Below are positions 23,113 to 38,135 of a DNA stretch of 64,000 nt, in pieces. The notes beneath the pieces were generated by a model. That model did not search any database, was not told the DNA's origin, and saw only the letters and a program-made list of their open reading frames with translations. This stretch comes from Octopus sinensis (taxonomy: Eukaryota): the NCBI RefSeq assembly GCF_006345805.1, contig NC_042997.1, positions 152,954,001 to 153,018,000 of the forward strand, in the 5' to 3' direction. The position numbers and the translations under genes are program-made. Numbering within the stretch: position 1 is the stretch's first letter; every line of letters starts with the position of its first letter.

Positions 23113-24631
23113 TAGCGGGACTCGTCAGTATTTCACCAAATTAATTGAAAACTTTATCCCAAAAACCTGAGAGCGTAGCCTGTGTTTTGTCTGTATCTGC
23201 AATTCATTCAAAAGAGAAAGAAACTGGAATACGATGATTACTTAATGCACTCTATGTATATACTCCGTATGCTTCATGCACAATTTTATAGATTTCATAT
23301 ACAACACTCATAAAATAGATATTCGTTCTTTATTTTTCCATTTTTTCCTATAAAGAGAGAATCTTGCGTTTTAAAATTTACATGGTCACAATTTCATATC
23401 TAAAAGACAAAAAATTTATAGTAACAAAACTTATTTTAAATGTAAAATATAAGGGTCACAATTTCACGAGGATAAAACTTTAATGCGACATGGTATACTC
23501 TGAAGACCACATCGTTGGTAACTTATAAACCAAGGTGATGTGTCATAGCCAATACACATTTTAATTTGTAGGTGATATAGAAAACTTAGTTCAATTTGTA
23601 AAACGTTATGTGTCACTATGCACTCAGCATCACCATCTCCACCACCATCATAATCATTTCTCTCTCTCTCTCCCTCTCCCTCTGTCCTTTTTTTAATCTC
23701 ACCATCAGAACATCACCCCTCTGCTAAAATTGTATTTCCAATTCTCCGCGTTACCGACAAGCTAAGTAACGTAATGACAAGCAGAATTATTATAAGATAG
23801 GTACAATAATGATAATACATATTTCCTGACACAATGTGCAAATTTTTTACTAATACCATAAATAAGATACCAAAGACTGTATACTTTCTAATGATTGATT
23901 TCACGATGAAATGTAAAGAAGCGAATGTTATTTTTGAAAATTACTAATGCGTATTATTCTCATCGATCAATACATCACATTTTTTTACCCAATACATTAT
24001 ATTGATCACTACGTTCTCTTATCAACAATAGAGTATCGTTGTTAATTTTGGTATTAGACTGACAACAAATATCCACGAAACTATTTGCATGTCTTATTAA
24101 ACCTGTTCAAGAAGCAAGAACGATAATGTATCATTTTCTTTTTAACTTTGAAGCTGAAGCAAAACTTGAACTATGATTTGATAATATTTACTAACTTTCT
24201 CCCGAAACCATAGATGCTGGGGTTGCTGTGTAATCGATTCACTCCACTTTATGCCTTTCATTGGAACTTATTTTATTGATGGCCAAGTGATGAAAGGCTT
24301 AGTCGATCACAGCTGGATTTAATTGCATAAGGTATAAGTCGTTACTAAATAAATAATTCAAGGTAGCTCAATCGCATTTTTCAACTAAACTATAGTACTA
24401 AATGCATCAGTAGAGTATGATTGGTAATAACTCTTCAGAAATGTCCCCAAAACAATGTCAGATAAAAAAAGAGACAAGCATAGAAGGAAAAAAAACGAAG
24501 TTTTAATTAATTTTAAAGGTTGTAGAGCGAAGCATTTTACGCTTCCCGGAGAAGAGGAAAGTGATAACTATAAAGAACAAATGAAGCACTAAAGTACATT
24601 TTTCACACTCTGTCTCTTTCCCTCCACTTCC

Positions 24632-24691
<60 letters not shown>

Positions 24692-25350
24692 CTCTCGCTC
24701 TTTGTTTCCGAAACGGCTACGTTGTGTCTGAGAATGTCTCTAGGAAACCACGTATAATGTCTCTTTCTCAAAGAAGAGAGATGACGTGAATGAGAATCCT
24801 GCAATCTCTTCTCATAGAAAAAAAAAACAGACAAATATCCAACAGGAAAAATAAAAAGATCGATGAATATGCTCTTCAGCACGAAACAGAAATATAAAAA
24901 AATAAAAGAAGCAAGGTTTTATCTTTACTTTGCATATGCGTAAACTTTTTCTGTACTTTACGGACTAGACCACATATATAAAACCAGAGTGTTATCTATA
25001 TTATAGTGATTTCCCAACTGTCTCAGAGGTTTTCGGTGCACTAAGTATATATTACACAACCTGGGAGCTCTGTAGTTAATATTGTTTGTTTATATTTTAA
25101 ATATCAATAGATTTTATATGTTGTGCAGAAAAATAAGTAAGATGATTTAAATCAGATACTTTGCAGCGTTTTAAAATATGCCTCATATCTACATACTGAG
25201 AGAAAAGCTAAATGAAACGTCTAGAAATATCGAAATTCCAATATTATTCATCTTTATGGCTCTAAGTTTCTGTATAATCCATATAATTATATTTTCCATA
25301 CATAAAAGTAAAATGAATAATTTTTGTACGAGTTGTATGCAGATCTGCAC

Positions 25351-25469
<119 letters not shown>

Positions 25470-25920
25470 GAGTTCAATTTGTGCTGGTTTCTATTTTATA
25501 TTTTTAGGTCATTCATGAATACTTTCAAAATTTTTGTTAGATCTAATACTATTAGGGCTCATAGGATAAGGCGTCATCACCCATTAAATTAGAATTATTT
25601 GTTGTAAAAGGAAATACGAGGGAAGCACTGTAGTTATCTTACATATTTTTAATGACTTACTTAGAGGAAGAAGGGTTGAGCTGATGCCCCTTTTTCGGGC
25701 ATCCGTGTTCCAGATGCTAGTTAAGTAGTTGAGTCCATTAAAAACACCCACAGTCCAAGTGATAGTGTTAGAACGGATATAGTATACGACATAGCTTCTG
25801 TCGTTAGATTTCATGAAGACATGGCTCAACCCGAAACTACGGCAGACTGTATTTGCCCAACGTGTCGGAGACCTCAATACCACCACAGAGGAGATCTTAA
25901 CAGCATCCATACATGCATAT

Positions 25921-26305
25921 GGAAGCACTCCGTCGGTTACGACGACGAGGGTTCCGGTTGATCCGAATCAACGGAACAGCCTGCTCGTGAAATTAACGTG
26001 TAAGTGGCTGAGCACTCCACAGACACGTGTACCCTTAACGCAGTTCTCGGGGATATTCAGCGTGACACAGAGAGTGACAAGGCCGACCCTTTGAAATACA
26101 GGTACAACAGAAACAAGAAGTAAGAGTGAGAGAAAGTTGTGGTGAAAGAGTACAGCAGGGATCACCACCATCCCCTGCCAGAGCCTCGTAGAGCTTTTAG
26201 GTGTTTTCGCTCAATAAACATTCACAACGCCCGGTCTGGGAATCGAAACCGCGATCCTATGACCGCGAGTCCGCTGCCCTAACCACTGGGCCATTGCGCC
26301 TCCAC
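25921..26305 (-). mobile_element. Third tRNA-derived SINE family, full length
   Basis: Reverse-complement head GGAGGCGCAATGGCCCAGTGGTTAGGGCAGCGG...GGTTTCGATTCCCAGACC (A and B boxes) and tail CCCTCGTCGTCGTAACCGACGGAG. Confidence 0.85.
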
Positions 26306-26344
26306 TACATGCATATATTTAGATACACACACAGATTTATATAT

Positions 26345-27127
26345 TCTTAGCCTTGTGGGGTAGCAGAGAGTCTTGTTGAAAGGTATAGTGCTCTCCGTTG
26401 CTTACTCTGTCTATGAAGTGCCTCGTAACTTCCTTTAATACCTCTGTGTAGAAAACGTCATTGACTCTTAAGCCCCGTGAAAAGATATGAGAAGACATGA
26501 CATCTCCCTTGTTGTTGTCGACTCCCAGACCATTGGAACCTAATTCAGGTTTCACTATAGCCATCTTCCCGTCCTTCGGTTTACCTTTTGCTTCTGATTG
26601 AAGTTTTTATCACCGGAATAAAAAAACCAAAGCATTCCATCCTTTTGTCGTTGTAACTTGTTTACCCAGAGCTTTGTACGGATGTTTTCTTGTTTCATCC
26701 GACATAAACTGACCCATCCACGTATTATACAGCTTGTACTGGATATTCACGTGCACAATTCTTCTGATAGTACATTTCGAAAACTTGAGGCCCTTTGCAA
26801 TAGCTCTAATAGACTTTCCGAAATTTCATTCAGTATTTCTTGAACATTTTGTATAAAGTCACGTGTTATGAATGTATTTGGAGCCTGTGCATGCGTTTTG
26901 CATTTAGTGGCTGATGATCTCCATCAGGAGCTTCCACCTCTTTTCGAACTTTGACAACGAAGTTCAGGAAACTCTCAGGAAGCGAGCTACCTCTGTATCA
27001 CTATGCTGGTCTTTTAAGGCAGCTATCATAGTGTGGCTTTTCATTTGCTGGGACATTATTTAAGTGAGGTAAAAAAAAATTAAAAGAGCTCTTGAGAGAG
27101 GTGTTCTCAAAATACTGGCACACACTG
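26345..27127 (-). mobile_element. Degraded maT-like Tc1/mariner transposon, 3' part missing
   Basis: GLGVDNNKGDVMSSHIFSRGLRVNDVFYTEVLKEV..FIDRVSNGEHYTFQQDS..PHKAK. One end reads TA-CAGTGTGTGCC on the minus strand at 27127. Confidence 0.8.
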
Positions 27128-27675
27128 TATATATATATATATATATACATGTGTGCGTGTATGCCTCTGTGTGTGTGAGCATCCAGGGGAGTGGTGCACA
27201 TGCGTGCATGTGTATGTGTATGTATGTGTATGGGTGTTTGTGTTTGTGTCTGTGTGTGTGTTTGTGTCTCACTGACAGGATATAAAGCTGCACCTTGGAA
27301 AAGATTTGCAGTGCGATTGGTGAAGGAAAGAATTGATCAAAACCAAAATTTATGGGTTAGTATTTTGAAACTAGAGACGCTCAGATAAAACATAAATACA
27401 TGTTTTTCCTATGGTCAAAACGTTTAGCTTACTAAACACATTTGCTCAAGAATTTACTATTCTAATAATCAATATGTGCGCATACTCATTCATAAATACA
27501 TACAGTCATATATTCATGCAAACATACATACGTAACCCCCACACACAGAAACACAAATACACACACACATATATATAATTACAGATTTTGTTTTCCATAA
27601 ATGGGTTCCGTTTATTTTATTTTATTTTCTGGTCACTCAACAATTTCTAGGCATTGATTCCTAAACACCACACAC

Positions 27676-27749
<74 letters not shown>

Positions 27750-28282
27750 ACGCACACATACATACATACTCGCGGGTAACGCATAAAAAAATACTGAAAA
27801 TCTCTTACACATTTCTAAATCACTGTATTTTTTAAACTCAATTTTTTTTCTGTCTTTCTTAAGAGGTTTTATAATTTTCTATCAAGGTGATACCATAAGC
27901 AGAACAGTTCTGTAAATTGAAATACATTTATACTAAGACAGAATAATAATAATAACTTCTACAATTGTAATTACTCTGCTCTGGCTAAACTGAAGTATAA
28001 GTGGTGGCTATTTTTACCCTGGGAAACTGAATTATACACCAAAATATCCATTGCTATTAAGATTCACAACGACAGAAGTTTTAAACATTTTTCTTTTTTA
28101 GCCAGTAGCCTTATAATATATTTGTGAATCAATATACTTAATATCTCCTCGATCGTTATATTTTGAATAACCCCCTTCACGGAGTTTATTCCCTTTTTGT
28201 CAGGCTTGATATATTTAGATATCAATTATCTATAGTCCAGACCAGTGAACTCTCGAAGCAGTGTGCATAATCTGTTTCTTTA

Positions 28283-28505
28283 TTACCCACAAGGGGCTAA
28301 ACATAGAGGGAACAAACAAGGACAGACAAGCGGATTAAGTCGATTAAATCGACCGCAGTGCGTAACTGGTACTTAATTTATCGACCCCGAGCGGATGAAA
28401 GGCAAAGTCGACCTCAGCGGAATTTGAAATCAGAACGTAACGGCTAACGAAATACGGCTACATATTTCGCCCAGCGTGCTGATGGCTCTGCCAGCTTGCC
28501 GCCTT
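28283..28505 (-). mobile_element. Deu/Nin-domain SINE, full length
   Basis: Complete match to the unit at 2185-2417. Confidence 0.88.
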
Positions 28506-29870
28506 GCAGTGTGGTTAATCATCAACGTGTCAACTGTCTTAGAGCTTCAACAAAAATCTGTTCATTTAGAATCAATGTTAAATACCTTTATGTAGCCATT
28601 CGACTTGCAAAAAATAGCAACCAAATCTCCATTGGATATAGCAAACACATCTTAAGGAAAACGACAACACGTTTGAGACACTGTGCATGAAATATAAATA
28701 AGGGCTGCTCAGAACAAAAAAAGTGTTTTATAAGGTTTTCTCAATGAGGGTCCAACTTGAAGTGCAACAACAAATTTTATTGCGTTTTAATTTTCTGAAC
28801 TTCTTAATTTTTTCCATTTAAGAATTCAAAATTTATTAAGGATTGATAGTCTTCCAGGAGACCAGCTCACTAGAGAGAATCAGTTGTTTAATATTTTCAC
28901 ACTTACGTGTGTATGTGTGCGCGCGCGCGCGTAGGAGTCCGTGTGTGTGTGTTTGCGTGCGTGCGTGTGCGTATGTAGGTGTCTACCTTAGATTACTGGT
29001 GGCTACCAGAAGAAAGAATACTGAATACTAGAGGATAAATTAATAATATTCTTATGTCGACTGAGTTAGTCCCTTGCTCCCCTGAGATACTCCTGTGGAT
29101 GTTTCAGTTCTTTCTTTTCACATTTTTACATGGTTCTTTTTTCCTATTGTACTTAGTCTTTCTTTAATATATATACCCAGCAAACACCCACCATGGGTCA
29201 TCACAATTGCTTAAGGTAAAAATGAATTCCTCGCTCTTTCGGAAACATCAATCTTCTGTATTGACTGCTTTCCACCACTTTGATCTGTTTTTTGTATTGA
29301 ATACGTATCGCCACCGTGGGCCACTGCATCGAACACTTTGAACATATAGCATGAATGAACTTACTTCAAACTATATAGCAACTATACATGAACTCTAAAG
29401 ATGTCTGACTCCGTTGTGTATTATAAATGAATTTCTTGTGTTTGACGGCATGAGCTGTCTTTTTTTATATATGTCTTTTTTTTATATATAACTTTTTTTG
29501 ATAAGGTTCATTTCAGGAACTGAAACATGTTATAATGTATATATAAAAATTAAAAATTGTATAATATAGCAGCATTTTCGAAGTTTATTTTTTACAAATA
29601 TATATATATATATATATATAATATACATATATATACAACTTATAAACAAGGACAAAAGAACATTATTTCTATGCCAATATGCTGATAACCGACTTTTAAA
29701 TCGTCAATTTCCACATATTATTATATGCCCACAACAGAAATACGTTGTGCTGAAATCGTGGAAAGCTAGCCATGCTGCCATTTCTTGCATGAAATTTTTC
29801 TGTACAAAAACTTCATCCTATATTAGAAATATATATATATATTAGGCACACCAATGTGTACATGTGTATA

Positions 29871-29925
<55 letters not shown>

Positions 29926-29926
<1 letters not shown>

Positions 29927-30303
29927 GACGCCAGGAGTGGCAGTAATTTGCTTACCAACCACATGGTTCCAAGTTCAGTCCCACTGCGTGGCACCTTGGG
30001 CAAGTGTTTTCTACTATAGCCTCGGGCCGGCCAAACCTTGTAGACGAAAACTGAAACAAGCACGTCGTATATATATGTGTGTGTGTGTGTGCGTGGTATG
30101 TGCGTATGTTTGTGTGTCTGTGTTTGCCCGCACAACATCACTTGACAACCGATGTTGGTATGTTTACGTCCCCGTTATCTAGCGTTTCGGCAAAAAAAAG
30201 ACCAATAGAATAAGTACTAGGCTCTCAAAGAATATGTCCTGAGATACATTAAAGGCGGTGCTCCAGCATGGCCGCTGTCAAATGACTGATAACAAGTAAA
30301 AGA
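29926..30303 (+). mobile_element. Bipartite CORE-like SINE (head, (TA/TG)n, 3' module)
   Basis: GACGCCAGGAGTGGCAGT...GTTCAGTCCCACTGCGTGGCACCTTGGGCAAGTG, then the module ending GTCAAATGACTGATAACAAGTAAAAGA. Confidence 0.88.
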
Positions 30304-30447
30304 ATATATATATATATATATATATATATTGTTATATTTCGGAATGGTCATATTGCCAGTTTAGCCAATAAAAACACACGCACTATATATTTGGTGTTAT
30401 TTTGCTTCAGTGATATTTATTATTTACATTAATCTTAATCTTATTTC

Positions 30448-30492
30448 GGCCAAAGTTCTTTCGTCACACTCCTGTGACCGCATCAGTGGTCC
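30448..30492 (-). ncRNA. Hammerhead-like motif with CUGAUGCG core (left-arm copy)
   Basis: Exact reverse complement of 32485-32529. Confidence 0.4.
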
Positions 30493-30812
30493 TTTGTTTT
30501 CTTCTCACTTACTTGTGTCTCTCCTTACTAACCGTCAGCCATTTTGTATTTTATTGTAAGTCTTCATTTGCGCATGCTTATATCTATCTCTATGTGCGTC
30601 TATGTTTTTTAGTGTGTGTGGGGGGATGCCTGTAATATTTGTATCTTCTGGTTATATACATTCTTGTAATTTGTATTTTGTTTTTGTTGTTGCTTTTGTT
30701 CTAATTTTGTTCATGTGTTTACATCCACCCATTATTATCATTACATATGCTTGTATGTATGTATAACTACAATATTAGTAATAATAATAATAAATCTAAT
30801 CGAAAAAAAAAA

Positions 30813-31976
30813 TCCATACTCGTAAACATGTACTCTCGCTATGTTGATGATATCAATATAGTAGTAAAGGCACCCCCACAAGAGAGTAATGTTGATATAG
30901 TAATAGAAACTAATACTATGGAGAGCATCCAGCAAATAGCTAACTCCATCCACCAGAGTATTAAGGTCACAATAGACTACCCCACTAAACACCCCAACCA
31001 TAGACTACCAGTACTAGACACTGAACTCTGGCTAGAAATTGTGAAATATAAAACCCAAATCCTTCATTCATACTATGCAAAACCTATGGCCTCAAAATAC
31101 CTGATCCACCGGAACTCAGCCATTGCGGGCAATGCCAAATTCAATATTTTGATGGCGGACCTCGTCAGAATAATGAGAAATGTGTCACGCATGTGCGAGC
31201 CTACATAATTAAAGAGACACATACAGTATTTCATTCACCGCATGCAGTTCTCAGGTTACAGCCATAAAGAAAGGATCAGAGTATTCAAAGGAGCCATGAA
31301 GAAATTTGATAATATATTATGTAATGATAGGAATGGGATTTGCCCACTCTATAGGAACAAGTCATGGAACACTATAGAAAGGACAAAAAAGAAAATAGGG
31401 AAGGCCAACTCTTGGTATGATAGCCATAAATACCAGAGTGTCATGTTCGTTGACACCACCCCTGGAGGTGAACTGGCGTACCGCTTTAGAAAGACCCTAG
31501 ATAAACTTAAACTAAGAATTAAGGTTGTTGAAAAGCCAGGCAACACTATCAGATCTATAATTGGTAGAACCTATCCTTTTAGTAGAACTCTCTGTACGGA
31601 TAACTATTGCACTGTATGTAGATTTAGCCCACAAACAAACTGTAAAGCCAGAAATGTGGTCTATAGTATAAGATGTATAGAGGGACGATGCAGTAACAAG
31701 ACAGTAACATACGTAGGGGAAACAGCAAGAAGCATTGGAGAGCGGGTGAATGAACATTGGAGACAACTCAAGGAAGGTAAAAGCTCATCGATTCTGTACC
31801 AACACGCCGAACAAGAACACGGGGGATCAATCAATAACATAGAGATTAAGATATTGTCCACACATAGAACAGATGCAACAATTAGACAAATTACAGAAGC
31901 TACACATATAATAGAAAATAAACCTAGCCTGAATAGAAAACTAGAATGGAGCAATAGCACACACCACAACATATGA
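30813..31976 (+). pseudogene. PLE ORF remnant: RT C-half (YSRYVDD), Cys linker and GIY-YIG endonuclease, one in-frame stop
   Basis: ORFs 30747-31208 and 31242-31976 share a frame and are separated by TAA at 31206-31208. Motifs: PVLDTELW, YYAKPM, NVVYSIRC..C..YVGETARSIGERVNEH. Confidence 0.9.
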
Positions 31977-32049
31977 CGATAGTGGATCCTGCAAACATAA
32001 TAAATACACAGATAATTAAAGAAATAGAAATGAATAACTATATATATGT

Positions 32050-32090
<41 letters not shown>

Positions 32091-32124
32091 GTGTATATAT
32101 GTGTATTATATATATATATATATA

Positions 32125-32157
<33 letters not shown>

Positions 32158-32484
32158 TATTTTTTTTTTTTCGATTAGATTTATTATTATTATTACTAAT
32201 ATTGTAGTTATACATACATACAAGCATATGTAATGATAATAATGGGTGGATGTAAACACATGAACAAAATTAGAACAAAAGCAACAACAACAAAAACAAA
32301 ATACAAATTACAAGAATGTATATAACCAGAAGATACAAATATTACAGACATCCCCCCACACACACACTAAATAAACATAGACGCACATAGAGATATAAGC
32401 ATGCGCAAATGAAGACATACAATAGAAATACAAAATGGCTGACGGTTAGTAAGGAGAGACACAAGTAAGTGAGAAGAAAACAAA

Positions 32485-32529
32485 GGACCACTGATGCGGT
32501 CACAGGAGTGTGACGAAAGAACTTTGGCC
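32485..32529 (+). ncRNA. Hammerhead-like motif with CUGAUGCG core
   Basis: GGACCA CTGATGCG GTCACA-GGAG-TGTGAC GAAA G AA C TT TGGCC. 6-bp stem II; stem I with one bulge; A9 not conserved. Confidence 0.4.
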
Positions 32530-32707
32530 GAAATAAGATTAAGATTAATGTAAATAATAATATCACTGAAGCAAAATAACACCAAATATATAGTGCGTGT
32601 GTTTTTATTGGCTAAACTGGCGATATGACCATTCCGAAATATAACAATATCTGTTTCAATACACGACTCACGATCTTGCACAAAAATATATATATATAAT
32701 ATAATAT

Positions 32708-32742
<35 letters not shown>

Positions 32743-32743
<1 letters not shown>

Positions 32744-32813
32744 GGCGCAGGAGTGGCATGTGCGGTAAGTAGCTTGCTAACCAGCCACATGAAAGAAGCC
32801 TGCCGTATATATG

Positions 32814-32862
<49 letters not shown>

Positions 32863-33096
32863 TATATATAATATATATATATAATATATATTGTATGTGT
32901 GTGGTGTGTGTGTTTGTCCCACTAGCATTGCTTGACAACCGATGCTGGTGTGTTTACGTTCCCGTCACTTAGCGGTTCGGCAAAAAAGAGACCGATAGAA
33001 TAAGTACTGGGCTTACAATGAATAAGTCCCGGGTCGATTTGCTCGACTAAAGGCGGTGCTCCAGCATGGCCGCAGTCAAGTAACTGAAACAAGTAA
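32743..33096 (+). mobile_element. Bipartite CORE-like SINE with an internally deleted head
   Basis: The head jumps from CCACATG to AAAGAAGCC. The 3' module at about 32895-33096 is intact. Confidence 0.85.
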
Positions 33097-33115
33097 AAAA
33101 AAATTTTTTTTTAAG

Positions 33116-33155
<40 letters not shown>

Positions 33156-34294
33156 TGTCTGTATATGTGTTTGTTCTTCACCACTGCTTGTAAAAATTGT
33201 GCTGGTTTATGACCCTGCAACTCAGCGGTCCAACAAAAAGCAGTTAGAATATATACCAGGCTTAAAATGTATCGAGATCGATTCGTTCGACTATAGGCAT
33301 TTAATCCTCAACTTGTTTCAGAAATTAGACTGCGACCATGCGACAGTACCGTGTTGAAAAACTTTTAGTCGCACAAATCAACCCCAATAGGCAAAAGCTT
33401 ATTGCTTTCCCGTATACATATACGTGCACAGATATTCTCGTGCACGCACACACATCCACATTGTGTGTGTGTGTGTGTGTGCGTGTGTGTGAGCGTGTGC
33501 ATATTGGTTTACACACATTGATATATGTATAACTAAAGATATAAACACAGCGAAGACAACGACAAAACAAATTAATGTTTGTTTGATGCAGTGCGTTCAT
33601 AGATTTGATCTGCACTTTGCTACAAACACTCCCTTATAATTTACTGTCAGGAATTCAGTGAAACCGTAACTGGCTTCTTGAACTGATAAGTAACACAAAA
33701 TGTTTTACTCATTCCTACAAAAATATGTAACGAACTAATAATAATAACATACCCAAAATAGTCATAACTAAGTATCGAACTTGCATGAGATATACTATTA
33801 TCCTTGAACTTACACCTATTAGTTTACATACCGCGCACTTTATTATATTTATGCTTCCAAATACCCACGACAAATATTCCTTCAATTCTTTTTCTATTTC
33901 ACTAACTTTATCTTTCCTTCTTTCTATGTTTTTTTCTCTCTCTTATCTTTAAACTTTCACATATGTATTTATGTATTGATGTATTCTTTCAAACGAGTTT
34001 ATTCTTTCTGCAATGATCCCCTGATTCACTTCCTTTTCAGTTCTTTCTTCTTACACTTTTTCATGTTTTGTTTTGTTTTGTTTTTTCCTATTGTATTTAA
34101 TCTTGCTTTCATGTATTTTCCCCCAGAAGCTCTCATCATCCCAAATATCTTCTCCAGATACCAACACAGCAAGTGTTGATATCTGCTTCTTGCGAATAAA
34201 ATCTTCTCAAGGCCGTTTACGAAAGCGAAAGTTTGTATGCATAATGTGTTGGTATTGTATACGTAGACTTTGAGCATTTACTTTTCTCACTATC

Positions 34295-35021
<727 letters not shown>

Positions 35022-36034
35022 TAGACTTGTTGGACTTGTTGTTGAAGCGTGCATTCTGGTTGTGTTCTTTGAGTGATGTGTACCTGCTAAATATAGTAAT
35101 TGATCAAAAATATAATCTCGTTATGATGAAATCATGTTCGGAGAACTAATTTTTATCGTCTGCTGGAATATTGCGCCACTTTTTCTGACCTAGCACAGTG
35201 CTGTTGAAAATATATTTGCCTGTTATGTACAGGGTAGAGAGGAGGATAATTTGTGAGATAACAAAAATAAATATCATGTGCAATGACATTTCGCAAGCGG
35301 TATTTTCCCAATACACATCCTGTTTATCATAAGTCTCTTAAACTACTCTATAAGAAACGAGCCGTTTCTTTCAAGTACTCCCTCCTTCTTCCTAAACAAG
35401 TATGCTTTTAAATCGCCGAACTATTCCAATGCATTTCACTCAGTCCTAAGCGTGCTATTTTTAATCTTTGTAAATCATTTTTATACTCCCCTAATGAATA
35501 CAAGAACACTTTCTCTTCGTGGTCAGTATATGCATGAATTAGTTGAATATTCCCGCAATGAAGCCGATTTGCTATAATAATTTTGTTCGTGAAATATCCA
35601 GTTATAACCTGGCCGTTTTATTGTTTTCAAACACATCGAAAACTAAAAATAAAATCAAGTGAAAGTTGTTTAAAATGGGTGTGTCAAATTCTGAGTTATT
35701 CAAATGGCTCACTATTCGGTTTACAGAGCAGACGTAGCAATTCACTATGTACAACAGCAGAAATTGCATTTTTCGTGTGTTGTCATAAGGTTTTTGCTGG
35801 TATTCTATGAATAGGAGTTTTTCAGCAGTGTATATTATATCATGATTTTAAGGAACAGTAATGATCAAAAAAATTATGTAATTTGATCTTTGAACCATAA
35901 AATTGTTACCTATAATGATGGTAGTAATACTTCGGCACCGAGAATTTGAGAATAATACGAGTAAATAATTTCGGACATATTCAAACCGAAGGATAAATTT
36001 ATTGTATTTCCTTTCATGTGTAATATTGATAAGG

Positions 36035-36359
36035 TAAAGACCCACTTCGGTCATAAATGACCAGAAAGTTCCCTTCCGAGGCAAAAGTCCGGGCGAGGTT
36101 GTTTATGGAAGGTTCGGGCGAAGTCGTCCATGCATACCAGCCTCCCCTTTCGACGAAACTGATGTTATCCAAGGGAAAGGCAAAGCCTGATACAGCTTGG
36201 AACCGTGACGTCGCAACTCATTTCTACAGCTAAATGAACTGGAGCAACATGAAATAAAGTGTTTTGCTCAAGAACAGAACACACCGCCAGGTCCGAGAAT
36301 CAAAGTTACTACCTCATCATTGCGAATCCGACGCTCTAACCACCGAGTCATGCGCCTTC
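36035..36359 (-). mobile_element. Fourth tRNA-derived SINE family
   Basis: Reverse-complement head GAAGGCGCATGACTCGGTGGTTAGAGCGTCGG, then CTTGAGCAAAACACTTT..TTGCTCCAGTTCATTTAGCTGTAGAAATGAGT central domain. Confidence 0.75.
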
Positions 36360-36742
36360 GCAGTAATGTCGCACTTACTATGACTTATCAACAGAAACTG
36401 ATGTTAAGTAATATTAATAGATTAGAACCTTAAGGGAATGCACTCTCCGAAAGTAGTGTCAGCAATATAAATAAGTCGGCTCTCTCTTCAGATCATCCCA
36501 ATCCTAGTGAAGCTGTTGATTCTGCTTACTATGTTGATGTCACACTACTTAATACATTTCAAGCATTTCCGAGTTGGCGGCAAGCCCCAGTGGAGTAATA
36601 TAACATGACACCGCTAACTCATATCGGCAAGCTATCGCCTCTACTTCTATTCCTAAGTTTCTACTATAACCAAATTCATCTGTTATCAACGTTAGCTAAA
36701 TGAACTTTACAATTACAGTATTGATGATTTCATTTTTGTATA

Positions 36743-36936
36743 CAGCAATCCCTCGCCATATCACTGTTCACTTATCGCGCACTTTTTCTGGCTAATATAT
36801 GTAAATTTATATCGCGGACTCTTCAGTATATCCGGGTTTCAGCGGCCGATAAGTATTTGTATGTTTTAGATTTTAATTATTTCCGTGGGAGGTTTTGGCA
36901 CGTAACACTCGCGATAGTCAAGAGATTAGTTTATTG
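36743..36936. mobile_element. Possible pogo/Tigger-like MITE
   Basis: The left end TA-CAGCAATCCCTCGCCATATC resembles pogo TIRs. The right end CGCGATAGTCAAGAGATTAG..TGTA is a degraded complement. Confidence 0.4.
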
Positions 36937-38135
36937 TAAGGTTAATTTTGTAAAATACTTATTTGTACATCTTATGTAGTTATATGATACTTGCATGATT
37001 TTCTGCGTACAGTGTATATATTTTCAGAATCGTATCAGTTGCAAGAGTAGTTTCTTATTTCAGTTAACTCAGACAATTAAGCAAATAAAGGAATACTTCA
37101 CTTCTGTTAGAGCGCTATGAGGGGGTTTGCTGCACTTTCACAATATGCTTGAGCTTAGGTAAATAGCCTTCAGTAGGGTTCTTCTGAAGGCAAGCAGTTA
37201 TCAACACTTGCTGGGCGTAAGGAGGAAATATTTCGAATGATGAGAGCTTACACGATAAGATTCTACAGAAAGAGAAAGAAAAATGCGAGCGTTGAAGAAC
37301 TGAAGAAGAGAATTAAAAGAGGGAGTAAGAAAGGGAAGAAAAATAAATCAGAGAAAGCGAGATAATATCTTCTGCAAGAATAAATAATCAAATAAATATA
37401 TAAGGGAAGGAACAAATATAAGTGAATGGGGTGAAATTAGCAGGAATGAAAAAAGGAAAGAGAATGAATGTAGGAGAGATAAAGTCGTTGAAAGAGAAAT
37501 AGAACTGAAGTGGTTGTAGATTATGTAAAATTTAATAAAAACGTGAACTGACTGCAATGTAGAAATAATAAAATAATGAGCTGTATTATGTATAAATGTA
37601 AGTTGGTGATCGAGTTCCCCACATGGATTCGATTTTCAGTTGTGAGTATTTGTAAGAAATTTGTTTTTATTTATATATTTTAGATGACAAATTAGCGAAA
37701 ATACTGTTATTGGTTACAAAATGCCCATGGAGCTATAACTGGTTGTGTGTGTGTATGCGTGCGTGTGTGTGTATGCGTGCGTGTGTGTGTATGCGTGCGT
37801 GTGTGTGTATGTGTAAGCATGTATGTGTGTATATTTATTCACGTATACATAACATAGTATGAATGCGTTTAGTGTGTGTGTTTGTGGGGGGAAGCGTGCA
37901 ATTGTGTATTTATGCGCATGCGTGATGTCACTTGTTTTTTTTTGCAACTATTATAAAGGTGTTTTGTAAAATGAAATTATTAGTTTTGATTTTATTGATC
38001 ATGCTTACAGGACGTCCTGTGTTTTATCTTATATACACCGGTCTTATTTAGGTTTCACTCTGCAGATCAATTCTTCTCCTGAATGAATTACTGTTAATTT
38101 CATTCTTATTTATTTAATATGAAGTGATATGTTAA

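Larger units (their letters stand above)
30326..32685 (+). mobile_element. Penelope-like element, 5'-truncated, with inverted terminal copy
   Basis: 30326-30812 is the near-identical reverse complement of 32161-32650, and the right arm has an extra 35-bp tail. The interior encodes RT and GIY-YIG domains. Confidence 0.93.

Noticed and set aside
25584-25928. 114-aa ORF and the GATGCCC/GGGCATC hairpin next to the SINE
   Set aside because: No motif is recognisable in any frame, and the hairpin lacks ribozyme or terminator context.
26230-26305. tRNA-like heads of SINEs as tRNA genes
   Set aside because: They continue directly into SINE bodies and lack a full cloverleaf.
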